Assembly: GCA_964633865.1 (NCBI GenBank)
Contig: CAZWIJ010000001.1
Location: 2,352 to 66,351, forward strand
Direction of reading: 5' to 3'
DNA: 64,000 bases
Origin: an uncultured Candidatus Saccharibacteria bacterium
GTDB taxonomy: Bacteria; Patescibacteriota; Minisyncoccia; SW-4-49-11
Shown piece by piece: positions 10,403-20,103 of this stretch. The notes under the pieces were generated by a model. That model saw only the letters and a program-made list of their open reading frames with translations, was not told where the DNA came from and made no database searches. A program made the position numbers and the translations under genes. Position 1 is the first letter of the stretch; the number at the start of each line of letters is the position of its first letter.

Positions 10403-11179
10403 ATGTCTACTAGTAAAAGAATAATAAAACAAATTGTAATAGCATCAATATATATAATTATATTTTTAGTTGTAGTTATATCAATATGGTTCTCTATATT
10501 TCCTCCACAACCAAAGGTAGAAGAAGTAAAACCAATTGAAATTTTACCACTTAAAATCTTGGAATTTAAATCTCTTGAAGTAGGAAATGGGAGAACTGAT
10601 CTAATAGCATTTATCGAAAATCCAAATATTAGTTTAGGTTTAGAAACATTTCAATATAGATTTATTTTGGAATCAGAGCAAGGTGCTGAAGAAAAATTTA
10701 TTAGTGGTAATAGTTTTATTGCTCCAGGAGAAGATAATAGAGCTATTGTTAGTATCAATAATGATATAAGAGGTTATAGACTAAAAGATTTTCAAGTATT
10801 TCCTAAAAGAGAACAATGGCAAAATTTAGAAAATTATGTTGAACCAAATATTTTAATTAGGGAAGTATCAGGAGTTGTTTCAGATTCTTTATCTAAACCA
10901 TTTTTACTAAGAGGAGTTCTTCGTAATGCAAGTGAATATCAAATAAGGGAAATAGAGTTAATTGCAATTCTAACTAATGATAGAGATGAAATAATTGCTA
11001 TTAATAAAACTATGGTTAATAATGTATCTAAGGAATCAACCAGAGAATTTAGTATGTTATGGGATAATAATATTATTTATTCAAATGAAACAATTCTTCC
11101 ATATACAAATGTTCTGCAAAAGAACTTGTTTAATGATGATATTTTAAAAAATCCAGAAATAGAATTACCTATAAAATAA
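10403..11179 (+). CDS. hypothetical membrane-anchored protein
   Basis: 258-aa ORF with an N-terminal TM. No motif recognised. Confidence 0.35.
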   Translation: MSTSKRIIKQIVIASIYIIIFLVVVISIWFSIFPPQPKVEEVKPIEILPLKILEFKSLEVGNGRTDLIAFIENPNISLGLETFQYRFILESEQGAEEKFISGNSFIAPGEDNRAIVSINNDIRGYRLKDFQVFPKREQWQNLENYVEPNILIREVSGVVSDSLSKPFLLRGVLRNASEYQIREIELIAILTNDRDEIIAINKTMVNNVSKESTREFSMLWDNNIIYSNETILPYTNVLQKNLFNDDILKNPEIELPIK

Positions 11180-11184
11180 TTTAT

Positions 11185-12306
11185 ATGAAATGGTTACAGA
11201 GTATAGATTGGTTGATATTTTTTCCTGTTATAGTTATGACTATTATGAGTCTTGTTACTTTGATAGGTCTTAGGAATTTGGGATTTAATATTGTTACAGA
11301 AGATTTAATATATAAACATATTTTTAGCATAGGATTAGGAGTAATAATATGTGTTATAGTATCAAATATTGATTATAGATCTTATAGTAACTATATATAT
11401 ATCATATTTGTTGTTAATATTATTATTTTAATAATGCTTTTACTATTTGGATCTACTATTAATGGAGCAAAAAGTTGGTTTAGAATATTTGGATTTAGTT
11501 TTCAGCCTGTAGAGATAGTTAAGATAACTATTATTTTAATTACAGCTAAATATATTTCGAATTATTATTATAAAATACAATCTTTGTGGATTATCGTTAA
11601 TTCACTTATTCCTGTATCTATTTTATCTCTTTTAATAATGTTTCAACCAGATTTTGGTTCTACAATGATTTTAATATTGATTTGGGTAGGAATGTTATTT
11701 TTAAGTGGTATAAATAAGTGGTATATAATTTTATTAGCTTTAGTAGGTTTGTTAATTATTATAACTATATGGTTTGGTGTATTTAAAGATTATCAAAAGC
11801 AAAGAGTAATAACATTTCTAAATCCTACTACAGATCCTTTAGGTAGTGGTTATAATGCTGTTCAGTCTATTAAATCAATAAAAAATGGGGGAGCGACAGG
11901 TATCTTAATAGATAAAAAAGAGGCAATATCAGTTCCTGAGATTCAAACAGACTTTATCTTTTCAGGTTTTGCTCAACTTTGGGGATTAGTTGGTGTAAGT
12001 ATATATTTTGTATTATTTATAACTTTGATTTTAAGGATTATGTTTTTATCTTTTTCTATAACAGATATTTTCCCTAAGATAATTCTAATAGGTATAATTA
12101 TTTTGATAACAGTTCAAAATTTGATTAATATATCTATGAATATAGGGTTAGCTCCAATAACAGGTATCCCACTATTGTTTATGAGCTCAGGAGGTAGTTC
12201 TATGATAGCTTCTTTTGCTATTATAGGATTAATATTTGCAATAAAAAATCATAGTAAAGATAAGGGAATATCTTATATGTCAGAAGATTATGATGTTTTT
12301 ATTTAG
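11185..12306 (+). CDS. SEDS family peptidoglycan glycosyltransferase (FtsW/RodA)
   Basis: Polytopic membrane protein. 'PDFGST', 'NGAKSWF' and 'QTDFIFS' are SEDS signatures. Confidence 0.8.
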   Translation: MKWLQSIDWLIFFPVIVMTIMSLVTLIGLRNLGFNIVTEDLIYKHIFSIGLGVIICVIVSNIDYRSYSNYIYIIFVVNIIILIMLLLFGSTINGAKSWFRIFGFSFQPVEIVKITIILITAKYISNYYYKIQSLWIIVNSLIPVSILSLLIMFQPDFGSTMILILIWVGMLFLSGINKWYIILLALVGLLIIITIWFGVFKDYQKQRVITFLNPTTDPLGSGYNAVQSIKSIKNGGATGILIDKKEAISVPEIQTDFIFSGFAQLWGLVGVSIYFVLFITLILRIMFLSFSITDIFPKIILIGIIILITVQNLINISMNIGLAPITGIPLLFMSSGGSSMIASFAIIGLIFAIKNHSKDKGISYMSEDYDVFI

Positions 12307-12317
12307 TTTGATAAAAG

Positions 12318-13022
12318 TTATTGTATAATTGAAAAAATACTTTCTTCTCCATTTAGATATGAATCTAAATTATTTAATGCTTCACCATTCATTATTGTTA
12401 CTTCTAAATTGAGTTTATCAGATTCTATGGAAGCTATTGGATCGAATGGGGCTGATGCTCCTGGATCCCATTTATCTCCTACCATGGCTCTAAAATTACT
12501 CCAAGATATTTCTTTAATAGGTTTTGCATCAGAATTTTTATATGGATCTTTATCATAAATATAATCTATATTTGAAAGATTAATTATGGATTTAACATGA
12601 TATTTTTGAGCTAATTTAACAGCAATATAGTCGGTTGAATTTCCTGGTTTCCATCCTCCAGCTATAGCTACAGAATAGTTGTCTATTTCATTATAATCAA
12701 GAGTAGGATCTTTTATTATATGGGGATAACTTAGTTTATTAAATAACATTTGCACCAAATGAGCATTAAGGTGAGTTACATATATACCTAGCATATCCAA
12801 ATCATATGGATCAGAGTTAAAAAGAGAGTTTCCAGCATTTTGATATTCTCGGGCTGTATTTCCTCCTCCAACTATAATAAAAAACCGCTTACCTTTATTA
12901 GTATGCGATTCAATTAATTTTTTAAATTCTAAAAGGTATTCAACATTTATTTCTCTAGTTTTCTTAGGGATTACGAGTGATCCTCCTAATGATATAATTA
13001 TTGGGTTAGATTTATTATTCAT
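12318..13022 (-). CDS. pyrH: UMP kinase, archaeal-type (amino-acid kinase family)
   Basis: 'ISLGGSLV', 'IVGGGNTAREY', 'AGGWKPGNSTDYIA' and 'NIDYIYDKDP' closely parallel archaeal PyrH. Confidence 0.7.
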   Translation of the reverse strand: MNNKSNPIIISLGGSLVIPKKTREINVEYLLEFKKLIESHTNKGKRFFIIVGGGNTAREYQNAGNSLFNSDPYDLDMLGIYVTHLNAHLVQMLFNKLSYPHIIKDPTLDYNEIDNYSVAIAGGWKPGNSTDYIAVKLAQKYHVKSIINLSNIDYIYDKDPYKNSDAKPIKEISWSNFRAMVGDKWDPGASAPFDPIASIESDKLNLEVTIMNGEALNNLDSYLNGEESIFSIIQ

Positions 13023-13446
13023 ATAAACTTTATTTAAATTTACTTAGTTTTAAGTATATCATATCTTGCAGATATATCCAATATTATTCTTTTGATCTGG
13101 AGGATGATTTTTTTTGTATATAACTTATAAACTTATAGTATTTTTTAGAAGATGTAGATATACAAGGTAATCTATATTCATAATCAAAGTCATCTAAAGA
13201 ATTCTTAGAATAGGATTTATTTATTGAGTTATTACTGAGTTTAGAATATTTCTTTTTGAAAAACATATTTATGATTTAATTATTACACACAATAGTAATT
13301 AAATCATAAATATATAAAAATGTCAACTTTAAATTACAAATAATTATGTACTGACATTATTTAAATACAGAGTTTATTATTGTAATAAATTAGATAATAA
13401 TATATAATAAAATCACTATAAAAACTTAATTTTAATATTATAAAAT

Positions 13447-13785
13447 ATGAAAAGTGACATAGAAATTTGGTATGAGAAAAAACTAAAAGAAGGTATTTCT
13501 AAGGAAGTACTTCTAGGTGCTTTGAGACAACAAAATTACTCAGAATCACAAATAGATAATTTATCTCATAAAATGGATCAGTATATAAATGAGATGTCTA
13601 ATATAAAATATAGTTCAGATAATATTAAGGAAGATGGCATACTAAATAGAAAATTACAAATAGAAGCAGATCTTACTAGCTGGTATCAAAGTATGTTAAA
13701 TGAAGGTTATGATAAGGATAAATTAATTCAAGAACTACAAAAACAAGGTTATGATTATGAAGTAATAAAAAGAATAACAAGATAG
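13447..13785 (+). CDS. hypothetical small protein with two copies of a WYEKKLxEGYDK..KQGY module
   Basis: 112 aa. Residues 4-38 and 76-112 are mutually similar and also similar to the C-terminus of 4187..4747. Confidence 0.4.
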   Translation: MKSDIEIWYEKKLKEGISKEVLLGALRQQNYSESQIDNLSHKMDQYINEMSNIKYSSDNIKEDGILNRKLQIEADLTSWYQSMLNEGYDKDKLIQELQKQGYDYEVIKRITR

Positions 13786-13809
13786 TTTATAAAAATAAAA
13801 CAAAATAAA

Positions 13810-13842
13810 AAATAGCGGAGAAATATTATTCATCTGCTATTT
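13810..13842. terminator. putative bidirectional terminator hairpin between convergent genes
   Basis: AAATAGCGGA / TCTGCTATTT stem with one G.U pair and a 13-nt loop, flanked by an A-run (5') and a T-rich tract. Confidence 0.35.
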
Positions 13843-13854
13843 AAATTTATAAGT

Positions 13855-15789
13855 TTAATTTTCTATTGAAGATTTAATTTGAATATTTTTGTTTAATATA
13901 TTTGATATATTTAAACTCTCAATTTTGTTTTGTGAAATAGTATATATATAGTTGTCTATATACAATTGTCTTTTTATTTCATTACCTATATCTATGGAAT
14001 ATGTTTGATTTAGTGTATTATTGTGAGAAGTTTTTCCTAGAATCTCAAATCCTTTTTCTAAATTGACTTTATAAAAATAAGAACCTTGGTACTGTTCTGA
14101 TCTACTAAATCTATCAGAAATATTTCCTGTAGATGTATTAGAGGATTCTGATATAGGAATAGTTAATAAATCATTTCTATCATCCCAAAGTAAGGCTTTA
14201 TGATCATTATCTACTTCACTATAGCTACCTGTATCACCAACCTTAATAACACCAACTTCTTTAGCTGTTTGTAGTCCTCTTACATCAAATAAACTTATTT
14301 TTACACCTTTTACTATACCATTATTATCAGAGTCTTTACCTACTCCAATCAAATAATCTCCATTTTTTATAGGATGTAAATAATTACTAAATCCTGGTAT
14401 CTTTAGTTCACCAACAGTTTTAGGATTTTTAGGATCAGATAAATCAAAAGTGAATAGGGGATCAGTTTCCCTGAAGGTTACTATATATCCTTTATCACCC
14501 ATAAATCTAGTCGAATAAATTTTTTCTCCACGAGCCAAACCTGTTATTTCTCCTGCCTTATTAAAATCTTTATCCAAAATAGTTATTGTATTATTAAGAG
14601 ATTCTTGACTTCCTGTGGTTGATCTTTTTGTCATCGCTACTCTAAAATTATCATTATACTCATCCATAGAAAATTGATTAATAAGATTTCCTATAAGAGT
14701 ATTTTGTTTATCAAAAATAGCTTTATTATTAGATAATTTAAATTTAAAGAAATCAGTTTTTTCTAAATTAGAATTGTAATTATAAATAGAATTAGCTAAA
14801 TATAAATTTTTATCTGACATATAAATATTCTCTCCTGAACCCAAAATAGATTCAGTAAAAATCTCTTGATTAAGATTATTTATATCAATTCCAACTATGG
14901 TTGTTATAGAATTTACATTTGTGATAGGTTCTATTACATTTATATCAGAACATTTTATTCTTTCACCATCTTTCTTAGGTAAGATATCATTAATAACAGC
15001 TGAATTAATTGGTTTTTTTATATAAGATCCAGATGATGGATTATTATTGTTAAAACTATAAAATAAATCCCAATAATCTAAATCATGATGAGTAACAATA
15101 AATAAATTACCATTAACAAGTCTAGTGTCATTAATATTCCCTTCAATAGAGAATGATTTTAATAATTTTATAGAGTTGCTTTCTATTGCCTGATCATTTA
15201 TGTCATAAATATAAACTATAACATTATTTTCATATCCATTACCCATTAAAATGAGTTTGTCTTGTGAAAGATGAATCTTTATATTATCAGCTATATCTTG
15301 ATCTGGGAAAATACTCTGTGATAAATCCATTTGTCCATTTGGTAATATTTTTGTTATAGAAACACTACCATTTATTGCTTTGAAAATATATTTACCATTT
15401 GTTTTTACAAAATCACCTTCATCAACATTTATAACTTGATTATTGGTGGATGAAAAATCAGGTGTGGAAGAAATAGATTTTTCTTGCCCACTTGGTACTG
15501 AAGAATCAGAATTAAGTGACATTTCTGGCATAACATTACTTCTCAATTCATATGGTTGATTACAGCCATTGTTTTGTTCACAATATTCCAAATATTCATA
15601 AATTTTATTGCTCATATCCTGACAAGATATAAATTTACTAAATTTTGCATTAGAATTTGGTATATTATTATCCCCACTAGAAGTAATGTTTCTAGTTTGA
15701 GATATAAAAAAGAAGGTTAATAATCCTAAGAAAATCAAAATTAATACAGAGCTAGTTATAATAAGCACATTTTTGTCAGTTTGATTCAT
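13855..15789 (-). CDS. secreted/membrane-anchored beta-propeller domain protein
   Basis: 644 aa. N-terminal TM, a Ser/Asn-rich linker, then repeated beta-strand-rich blocks resembling the Pfam 'Beta_propel' family. No catalytic motif seen. Confidence 0.4.
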   Translation of the reverse strand: MNQTDKNVLIITSSVLILIFLGLLTFFFISQTRNITSSGDNNIPNSNAKFSKFISCQDMSNKIYEYLEYCEQNNGCNQPYELRSNVMPEMSLNSDSSVPSGQEKSISSTPDFSSTNNQVINVDEGDFVKTNGKYIFKAINGSVSITKILPNGQMDLSQSIFPDQDIADNIKIHLSQDKLILMGNGYENNVIVYIYDINDQAIESNSIKLLKSFSIEGNINDTRLVNGNLFIVTHHDLDYWDLFYSFNNNNPSSGSYIKKPINSAVINDILPKKDGERIKCSDINVIEPITNVNSITTIVGIDINNLNQEIFTESILGSGENIYMSDKNLYLANSIYNYNSNLEKTDFFKFKLSNNKAIFDKQNTLIGNLINQFSMDEYNDNFRVAMTKRSTTGSQESLNNTITILDKDFNKAGEITGLARGEKIYSTRFMGDKGYIVTFRETDPLFTFDLSDPKNPKTVGELKIPGFSNYLHPIKNGDYLIGVGKDSDNNGIVKGVKISLFDVRGLQTAKEVGVIKVGDTGSYSEVDNDHKALLWDDRNDLLTIPISESSNTSTGNISDRFSRSEQYQGSYFYKVNLEKGFEILGKTSHNNTLNQTYSIDIGNEIKRQLYIDNYIYTISQNKIESLNISNILNKNIQIKSSIEN

Positions 15790-15966
15790 ATATTTATATT
15801 AAAGTTATTGTTATATAATTTATTATAACATAGAGGGAGAGAATAGTTAAAGGTTTATATTCTATCAATTTTAGACTACACAGAAATAAAAGGATAAGAA
15901 TAATGTTTATGAAAATTAACTTTCAATTTTATAACATTAAGTTTTTGGTAAATTAGAGGTAAATAT

Positions 15967-17223
15967 TTATAATTTATCTCTTAACTTTCTATGATAAGTC
16001 ACAGCAAATCTATGAGATTCGTCTCTTACTTGTTGTAGGATTTGCAGGGCTTTTGAATTTTTAGGTATAATAACAGGATATTTTTGATTTGGTAAATAAA
16101 CTTCTTCTAATCTTTTTGCAAGTGAAATTATAGGTATAGATTTATATTGAATTAACCCATTTTTCTGAGCTTCTATAGCCATACCTAATTGTCCTTTACC
16201 ACCATCTATTAAGATTAAATCAGGAATAGGCCAATCTTTACGATTGAATCTTCTAGTTAGTGCCTGATATAAGTTATAGAAGTCATCTCCACCATCAGGA
16301 GGATTTTTGATTTTAAATCTACGATATTCTGATTTGTCAGGTTTTCCTCCTACAAAAACTACCATAGATACAACCGCTTTATCTCCGTGAAAATGAGATG
16401 AATCGAATCCCTCTATTCTATTTGGTAATTTATCTAAGTTTAGCTTAGTTTTTAATTCTTCTAGATAAGTAATTTTTTTAACTTTACTTCTTTTGATTAC
16501 ATTTTTATGTAAAGCAATTTTTTCTATTGCGATTAATTGATCTCTGATTTTTCCAGCTTTTTCAAAATCAAGTTTATCAGAGTGGAGAATCATTTCATTA
16601 GATAATTTATCAATTATAGATTTCTTTTTTCCTCTCATAAAATCAATTATTTTTTGGAGATTTTCTAGATATTCAGACTCTGTAATCTTATCTACACAAG
16701 GAGCTTGACATAAATTAAGTTTATAATAAAGGCATGGATGTTTTGGTAATGTTTTACAAGATCTATAAGGAAATATTTTTCGAATTATTTTAAGCGAAGT
16801 TCTGAGTGATTCAGCACTTACAAATGGACCTAAAAAGTTAATTTTATCAGTATGTTTATCAAGAAAACTTTTATAAGTAATGAATAATCTAGGAAATTTT
16901 TCTTTTGTCCAAGCTAAATAAGCATAGCTTTTATCATCTTTCAGAAGTACATTATATTTGGGGTTATATTTTTTGATTAGATTTGATTCTAATATTAAAG
17001 CTTCAATTTCACTTTCACATGGTATAATTTCGATATCAACAATTTCTTTAATCATTGCTATTTTGGCTGAGTTTAATGTTGCATTTTCTCTAAAATACGA
17101 TTGTACCCTTGATTTTAATTTAAGAGCTTTTCCTATATAAATTATTTCTTTACTAGAATTTTTAAACTTATAAATACCAGGTATGGCAGGTATTTCATTT
17201 AATATATTTTTTAAATTAATCAT
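15967..17223 (-). CDS. uvrC: excinuclease ABC subunit C, short form (GIY-YIG + UVR + RNase H-like; no C-terminal HhH)
   Basis: GIY-YIG 'GIYKFKN..IIYIGKALKLKSRVQSYF', UVR domain 'LDFEKAGKIRDQLIAIEK', and a C-terminal 'DESHRFAVTYHRKLR'. Only 418 aa. Confidence 0.75.
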   Translation of the reverse strand: MINLKNILNEIPAIPGIYKFKNSSKEIIYIGKALKLKSRVQSYFRENATLNSAKIAMIKEIVDIEIIPCESEIEALILESNLIKKYNPKYNVLLKDDKSYAYLAWTKEKFPRLFITYKSFLDKHTDKINFLGPFVSAESLRTSLKIIRKIFPYRSCKTLPKHPCLYYKLNLCQAPCVDKITESEYLENLQKIIDFMRGKKKSIIDKLSNEMILHSDKLDFEKAGKIRDQLIAIEKIALHKNVIKRSKVKKITYLEELKTKLNLDKLPNRIEGFDSSHFHGDKAVVSMVVFVGGKPDKSEYRRFKIKNPPDGGDDFYNLYQALTRRFNRKDWPIPDLILIDGGKGQLGMAIEAQKNGLIQYKSIPIISLAKRLEEVYLPNQKYPVIIPKNSKALQILQQVRDESHRFAVTYHRKLRDKL

Positions 17224-17328
17224 AGTAATGTAGTTTGAATAAAATCAAAATATTTAATAATTAAAATCATTATACTTAAAATAATAATCAAAAAAATAGT
17301 TTTTAGAAATTTAAATAATATTTTTCTT

Positions 17329-18129
17329 TTATTCATATTGTTTTGGAACAGCTATTACTACAAATCTTTGGCTAGATGTCCATAGGGGGGTACAAGTATA
17401 AAGTGTTAAAATATGTTCTTTTGTAGGAGCTTCAATTTCAATTTGATCAGGATTAACTATTTTAGTTTCCACTACCTGGTAATTATAGTCCTTACCTTCC
17501 CAAGTTATAATTATTGTATCATTTATTTTTAATTTGGGTAGGTGATAGAATGTATCACTATTATTTGTATACATGAATCTATGTGCTGTTATTACCATAT
17601 TACTTTTTTTTATGGGATTTCCAGAATTAGATTTATGCCAAATTCCTTTATATAAAGATTTAGAATTATTACTAGAATGGATATTTGAATCTAGATTAAT
17701 ATTTTGGATTTGAATTTTTTTAATAGTTTTATTCAAATCAGTTTTTTTTAAAGAAGGATTAATTATTGAGCTCTCATCTTTTGAAATAATATTATCTACT
17801 GGAGATTGCTCTTTTAATTTATCTGAGAATTGTACAGATTTTGAAATGTTAGTTTTATTTATTTGCTCAGGTACAATGAATGATTCAGACGGATTTGTAT
17901 TATTTGAATTTAGATTAGAATATAAATTATTTACATTTATATTTTTCTTCATTATAAATGTAAATTCTGGTAATATAGGTTTGATTAGTATATATACAGC
18001 TAAAATAAATATAGATAATGTTAAAAAAAAATTTAAAATATTAAATAATTTTATAAATTTTAAACTATTAGGATAGTATTTTATAGTGGATATTAGAGGA
18101 TTAATATTTTTATTTTTATTATGATACAT
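17329..18129 (-). CDS. sortase family transpeptidase
   Basis: N-terminal TM. The catalytic triad sits in 'VITAHRF' (His), 'LTLYTCTP' (Cys, TLxTC) and 'RFVV' (Arg). Confidence 0.6.
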   Translation of the reverse strand: MYHNKNKNINPLISTIKYYPNSLKFIKLFNILNFFLTLSIFILAVYILIKPILPEFTFIMKKNINVNNLYSNLNSNNTNPSESFIVPEQINKTNISKSVQFSDKLKEQSPVDNIISKDESSIINPSLKKTDLNKTIKKIQIQNINLDSNIHSSNNSKSLYKGIWHKSNSGNPIKKSNMVITAHRFMYTNNSDTFYHLPKLKINDTIIITWEGKDYNYQVVETKIVNPDQIEIEAPTKEHILTLYTCTPLWTSSQRFVVIAVPKQYE

Positions 18130-18135
18130 TTATTT

Positions 18136-18648
18136 TTATTTAAAAGACAGTTCTTGCATATTTGATATTAAATTAGATAATCTATCAATATCCATATTAT
18201 GAGGATCTATAACATTTATTGCTGGCATTATAAAAGAATTTTTATTCCTTTTGAAAGCCATATATTCATGCAAAATTTGTACAGTTTGATGAGCTCCTTC
18301 TACGGATTTTCTGTTGCTGGAGATAAGTGCAATAATTTTATTTTCTAAAAGTTCAGATATATTTACTATATCAATAAAATTTTTTAGACTAGATGGGATT
18401 CCTTTATGATAAATTGGGATTACATATATCAAAGCATTGGCATCAATTATATTTTTTAGATCAATTTTTTGAGCTGGATTAGCATTTTCTAAAGTTATAT
18501 ATTCTCCTCTAAATAAAGTATCAAAGTTTTCCAAAGTTACTAAATAATTATCTATATTTTTTTCTAATAACATTTTCTGAAGTGTGTTTGAGATCTTCAT
18601 GGAAGAGTTATTTATTCGGTTTGTTCCATTTATTATAGTTATTTTCAT
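18136..18648 (-). CDS. NAD(P)H-dependent FMN reductase / flavodoxin-like oxidoreductase
   Basis: 'MKITIINGTNR' and 'IYVIPIYHKGIPSSLKNFIDIV' fit FMN_red-type proteins. Confidence 0.55.
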   Translation of the reverse strand: MKITIINGTNRINNSSMKISNTLQKMLLEKNIDNYLVTLENFDTLFRGEYITLENANPAQKIDLKNIIDANALIYVIPIYHKGIPSSLKNFIDIVNISELLENKIIALISSNRKSVEGAHQTVQILHEYMAFKRNKNSFIMPAINVIDPHNMDIDRLSNLISNMQELSFK

Positions 18649-18652
18649 AAAG

Positions 18653-20083
18653 TTATATCTTGATTAATTTACTTTCATTTTGTTCATCTTGGACTTCATA
18701 GCCCAGTTCTTTAATTTTATCTCTGATTTCATCGGATTTCTCCCAATTTTTATTGTATCTAGCTTGATTTCTTTCATCTAACAATAATAAAACTTCCTTT
18801 GGGAATTCATTTTGTACTGATAAATCTTTTTTTGCTATAACTAAATCTAAACCTAGAATTCTATCTAATTTAATAAAACTTTTGATAATATGTCTTTTTG
18901 GTATAGGCTCCTTTTTATCTAAAATTATATTTATATCTTTAATAAAATTAAAAATATAAGAAATGGCCTTTGGAGTATCTAAATCATTATTTATAGCATT
19001 TTTAAAATCTTTTTGTAATTTTTTTAATTTTACTTGTATATCTAAATTTTTACGATTCTTATTTATAGAGACTCTATCAATAAATGTTCGTATTCTTTTT
19101 AATGAATTTTTAGCTTGTATCATAGCTTCCCAAGAGAAGTCTAAATCAGTTCTATAGTGTCCCATTAAAATTAATAATCTGAACTCAAGTGGGGAAAATC
19201 CTTTTTTAATAATATCATCCAATGTTATGAATGAGCCTGATGATTTGGACATCTTACTACTTTTAACGGTAAGAAAATAACTATGTAACCAATAGTTAGC
19301 CATAAGGTTTCCAGTATCAGCTTTAAATTGAGCAATCTCATTAGTGTGGTGTATATTTATATGATCTTTTCCTCCTGTATGAATATCAAATGGAGCATGA
19401 AGAAGTGTATCTGCCATAACCACACATTCTGAATGCCAACCTGGGAATCCCATTCCCCAAGGACTATCCCACTCTTGTTGTCTTTTTTCATTTACTGAAG
19501 AGAATTTCCATAAAGCAAAGTCGGTTAAATTTAATTTCTCTTTTATATCAATTCTAGCACCAGCTTTTAAATTTTTGATATCTAATCTTGCAAAATCACC
19601 ATATTCGGGTAATTTACTCGTATTAAAATAAACTCCATCAGATATTATATAAGTAAAACCTTTTTTTTCTAACCTTTTTATCAAATTAATTTGTTCTCTG
19701 ATATAATCTGTTGCTTTTGGATAATGATTAGCAGGTATTATATTTAATCTATCTAGATCTGATAGCCATAAATTAGTATATTTGAGAGATATTTCTTTTG
19801 CAGATAAATTCTCTTTTTTAGAACCTTTCTCCATTTTATCATCACCATCATCAGAGTCGCTAACAAGATGTCCTACATCTGTAATATTTGTAACTGAATA
19901 GACAATATAGTTATTATAAATGAGAACTCTTTTTAATAGATCATCAAATAAACTTTTTCTTAAATTACCTATATGTTGTCTATCATATACTGTTGGACCA
20001 CAAGAATATATAGAAGCTCTTTTTGGAGTAATCGGTATAAATTTTTCTAAAGATTGACTAGCAGTATTATATAACTTTAACAT
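18653..20083 (-). CDS. cysS: cysteinyl-tRNA synthetase
   Basis: 'CGPTVYDRQHIGNLR' (HIGH region) and 'KMSKSSG'. 476 aa. Confidence 0.85.
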   Translation of the reverse strand: MLKLYNTASQSLEKFIPITPKRASIYSCGPTVYDRQHIGNLRKSLFDDLLKRVLIYNNYIVYSVTNITDVGHLVSDSDDGDDKMEKGSKKENLSAKEISLKYTNLWLSDLDRLNIIPANHYPKATDYIREQINLIKRLEKKGFTYIISDGVYFNTSKLPEYGDFARLDIKNLKAGARIDIKEKLNLTDFALWKFSSVNEKRQQEWDSPWGMGFPGWHSECVVMADTLLHAPFDIHTGGKDHINIHHTNEIAQFKADTGNLMANYWLHSYFLTVKSSKMSKSSGSFITLDDIIKKGFSPLEFRLLILMGHYRTDLDFSWEAMIQAKNSLKRIRTFIDRVSINKNRKNLDIQVKLKKLQKDFKNAINNDLDTPKAISYIFNFIKDINIILDKKEPIPKRHIIKSFIKLDRILGLDLVIAKKDLSVQNEFPKEVLLLLDERNQARYNKNWEKSDEIRDKIKELGYEVQDEQNESKLIKI

Positions 20084-20103
20084 TCATATTTTTCATTAAA
20101 TTT

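Noticed and set aside
13084-13266. 60-aa minus-strand ORF in the 424-bp AT-rich gap between pyrH and 13447
   Set aside because: Low-complexity K/S/Y-rich translation and no SD. It is more likely a non-coding promoter region.
15790-15966. The intergenic regions (15790-15966, 13267-13446, 8316-8390, 53890-54035) were searched for tRNA or other structured RNA
   Set aside because: All are >75% AT with no GC-rich cloverleaf-compatible segment, so no RNA gene is supported. The 53890-54035 region has only modest inverted repeats (GTATTCAG…CTGAATAC and TTCTCTGAGAGAA), too weak to call.
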